This document shows, piece by piece, positions 55,855 through 58,751 of a stretch of DNA of 58,751 nucleotides. The first letter of the stretch is position 1; every line of letters begins with the position of its first letter. The notes under the pieces are model-generated. The model had not been told where the DNA came from, searched no databases, and was given only the letters and a program-made list of their open reading frames with translations. The DNA comes from Eledone cirrhosa (Eukaryota): positions 1 through 58,751 of the forward strand of contig CAXHJY010001075.1 in assembly GCA_964016885.1 (NCBI GenBank), written 5' to 3'. The position numbers were made by a program, and so were the translations under genes.

Positions 55855-58751
55855 GTAGTTGTTTTTATTGTTGTTGTGGTTATTGTGGTGGATGCTGTTG
55901 TCGTGGTTGTTGATGGTCTTGTTGTTGTTGATGGTCTTGTTGTTGTTGTTGATGATGGTCTTGATGTTGTTGTTGATGGTCTTGGTGTTGTTGTTGATGG
56001 ACTTGTTGTTTATGTTGATGGTCATGTTGTTGGTAGTGGTCTTGTTGTTGTTTATGGTCTTGTTGTTGTTGTTGGTCTTGCTGTTTTTGTTGATAGTCTT
56101 GCTGTTGTTGTTGTTGATGGTCTTGTTGTTGTTGATGTTGTTGTTATTGTTGTTGTTGATGGTCTTGTTGTTGTTGTTGGTCTTGTTGTTGTTGTTGTTG
56201 ATGTTCTTGTTGTTGTTGTTGATGGTCTTGTTGTTGTTGTTGTTGTTGTTGATGGTCTTGTTGTTCTTGTTGATGGTATTGTTGTTGTTGTTGTTGATGG
56301 TCTTGCTGTTGTTGTTGATGGTCTTGTTGTTGTTGTTGTTGATGGTCGTGTTGTTGTTGTTGATGGTCTTGTTGTTGTTGTTGTTGTTGATGGTCTTGCT
56401 GTTGTTGTTTTTGATGGTCTTGTTGTTGTTGTTGTTGTTGATGGTCGTGTTGTTGTTGATGGTCTTGTTGTTGTTGTTGTTGATGGTATCGTTGTTGTTG
56501 TTGTTGTTGATGGTCTTGTTGTTGTTGTTGTTGATGGTCTTGCTGTTGTTGTTGATTGTCTTGTTGTTGTTGATGGTCTTGTTGTAGTTGTTGATGGTCT
56601 TGTTGTTGTTGTTGTTGGTCTTGCTCTTGTTGTTGTTGATGGTCTTGCTGTTGTAGTTGATGATGGCCTTGTTGTTGATGTTGTTGATGGTAGTATGTTG
56701 TTCTTGTTGATGGTCTTGTTGTTGTTGTTGATGGTATTGCTGTCGTTGTTGTTGATGGTCTTGTTATCGTTGTTGTTGCCGGTATTGTTGTTGTTGGTGA
56801 TAGTCTTGTTGTTGTAGTTGTTGATGTTCTTATTATCGTTGTTGTTGATGGTATTGTTGTTGTTGTTGTTGATGGTCTTGCTGTTGTTGTTGTTGATGGT
56901 CTTGCTGTTGTTGTTGTTGATGGTTTGCTGTTGTTGTTGTTGATGGTCTTGTTGTTGTTGTTGATGATCATGCTGTCGTTGTTGATGGTCTTGTTGTTGT
57001 TATTGTTGATGATCTTGTTATCATTGTTGTTGATGGTATTGTTGTTGTTGTTGTTGATGGTCTTGCTGTGGTTGTTGTTGATGGTCTCGTTGTTGTTGTG
57101 GTTGATGGACGTGTTGTTGTTGTTGATGATCTTGTTATCATTGTTGTTGATGGTCTTGTTGTTGTTGTTGTTGTTGTTGTTGATGGTCTTGATGTTGTTG
57201 TTGTTGATGGTCCTGTTGTTGTTGTTGTTGATGATCGTGTTGTTGCTGTTGATGGTCTTGCTGTTGTTGTTGTTGATGGTCTTGCCGTCGTTGTTGTTGA
57301 TGGTCTTGCTGTTGTTGTTGTTGATGGTCTTGTTTTTGTTGTTGTTGTTGATGGTCTTGCTGTTGTTGTTGTTGATGGTCTTGCTGTCGTTGTTGTTGAT
57401 GGTCTTGCTGTTGTTGTTGTTGATGGTCTTGTTGTTGTTGTTGTTGATGGTCGTGTTGTTGTTGTTGATGGTCTTGTTGTTGTTGTTGATGGTCGTGTTG
57501 TTGTTGTTGATAGTCCTGTTGTTGTTGTTGATGGCATTGTTGTTGTTGTTGATTGTCTTGCTGTTGTTGTTGATTGTCTTGTTGTTGTTGTTGTTGATGG
57601 TCTTGTTGTTGTAGTTGTTGATGGTCTTGTTGTTGTTGTTGATGGTCTTGTTGTTGTTGTTGTTGATGGTCTTGCTGTTGTAGTTGTTGATGGTCTTGTT
57701 GTTGTTGATGGTCTTACTGTTATTGTTGATTGTCTCGTTGTTGTTGTTGATGGTCTTGTTGTTGTTGTTGTTGATTGTATTGATGTTATCGTTGTTGTTG
57801 ATGGTCTTGTTGTTGTTATTGATGGTCTTGTTGTTGTTGTTGTTGATGGTATTGCTGTTGTTGTTGTTGATTGTCTACTGTTGTTGTTGTCGATGGTCTT
57901 TTGTTCTTGTTGTTGATGGTCTTGTTGTTGTTGTTGTTGATGGTCTTGTTGTGGTTGTTGTTGACGATATTTTGTGTTGTTGTTGATGATGGTTTTGTTG
58001 TTGTTGTTGTTGATGGTCTTGCTGTTGTTGACGGTCTTGTTGTTGTTGTTGATGCTCTTGTTGTTGATGTTGATGATCTTGTTGTTGTTGTTGTTGATGG
58101 TATTGGTGTTGTTGTTGTTGAGTATCTTGTTGTTGTTGTTGTTGATGATCTTGTTGTTGATGGTCTTTTTGTTGTTGTTATTGATGGTCTTGTTGTTGTT
58201 GATTGTCTTGGTGTTGTTGTTGATGGCCTTGTTGATATTGTTGTTGATGGTCTTGGTGTTGTTGTTGTTGATTGTCTTGGTGTTGTTGTTGATGGTCTTG
58301 TTGTTGTTGTTGTTGTTGATGGTATTGTTGTCGTTGTTGTTGATGGTATTGTTGTTGTTGTTGATGGTCTTGCTGTTGTTGTTGATTGTCTTGTTGTTGT
58401 TGTTGTTGATGGTCTTGCTGCTGTTGTTGTTGATGGTCTTGCTGTTGTTGTTGTTGATGGTCTTGCTGTTGCTGTTGTTGATGGGCTTGCTGTTGTTGTT
58501 GTTGATGGTCTTGTTGTTGTTGTTGTTGTTGATGGTCTTGTTGTTGTTGTTGTTGATGGCATTGTTGTTGTAGTTGTTGATGGTCTTGTTGTTGTTGTTG
58601 ATGGTATTGCTGTTGTTGTTGTTGATGGTCTTGCTGTTGTAGTTGTTGTTGGTCTAGTTGTTGTTGTTGATGGTCTTACTGTTGTTGTTGATTGTCTCGT
58701 TGTTGTTGCTGATGGTCTTGTTGTTGTTGTTGTTGATTGTCTTGTTGTTGT
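55855..58751. repeat. (GTT)n satellite with higher-order unit (GTT)k-GAT-GGT-CTT, running off the window end
   Basis: gatggtctt recurs every ~18-30 bp. Confidence 0.96.

Overview
Repeat-saturated, AT-rich animal genomic DNA; the tRNA-derived SINEs and very long (TA)n tracts suggest a cephalopod such as octopus, which is inference. No host gene exon can be supported, and most ORFs in the track are microsatellite artefacts. Real coding remnants are a 5'-truncated CR1/L2-type LINE RT, two decayed Helitrons arranged head-to-head, three Penelope-like (PLE) RT/GIY-YIG remnants and an RTE-like fragment. The main signal is RNA structure. More than 20 minimal type I hammerhead ribozyme (HHR) motifs occur in at least six non-coding repeat families, including a near-homogeneous 310-bp retrozyme-like tandem array with 10 HHRs and an internal inversion. 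A separate 65-nt motif, shared by three otherwise divergent repeat families, contains all hammerhead core elements in a non-circularly permuted (pseudoknotted) order with covarying stems; it is the best candidate for an undescribed system. Many elements are fold-back inverted repeats embedded in (TA)n tracts.
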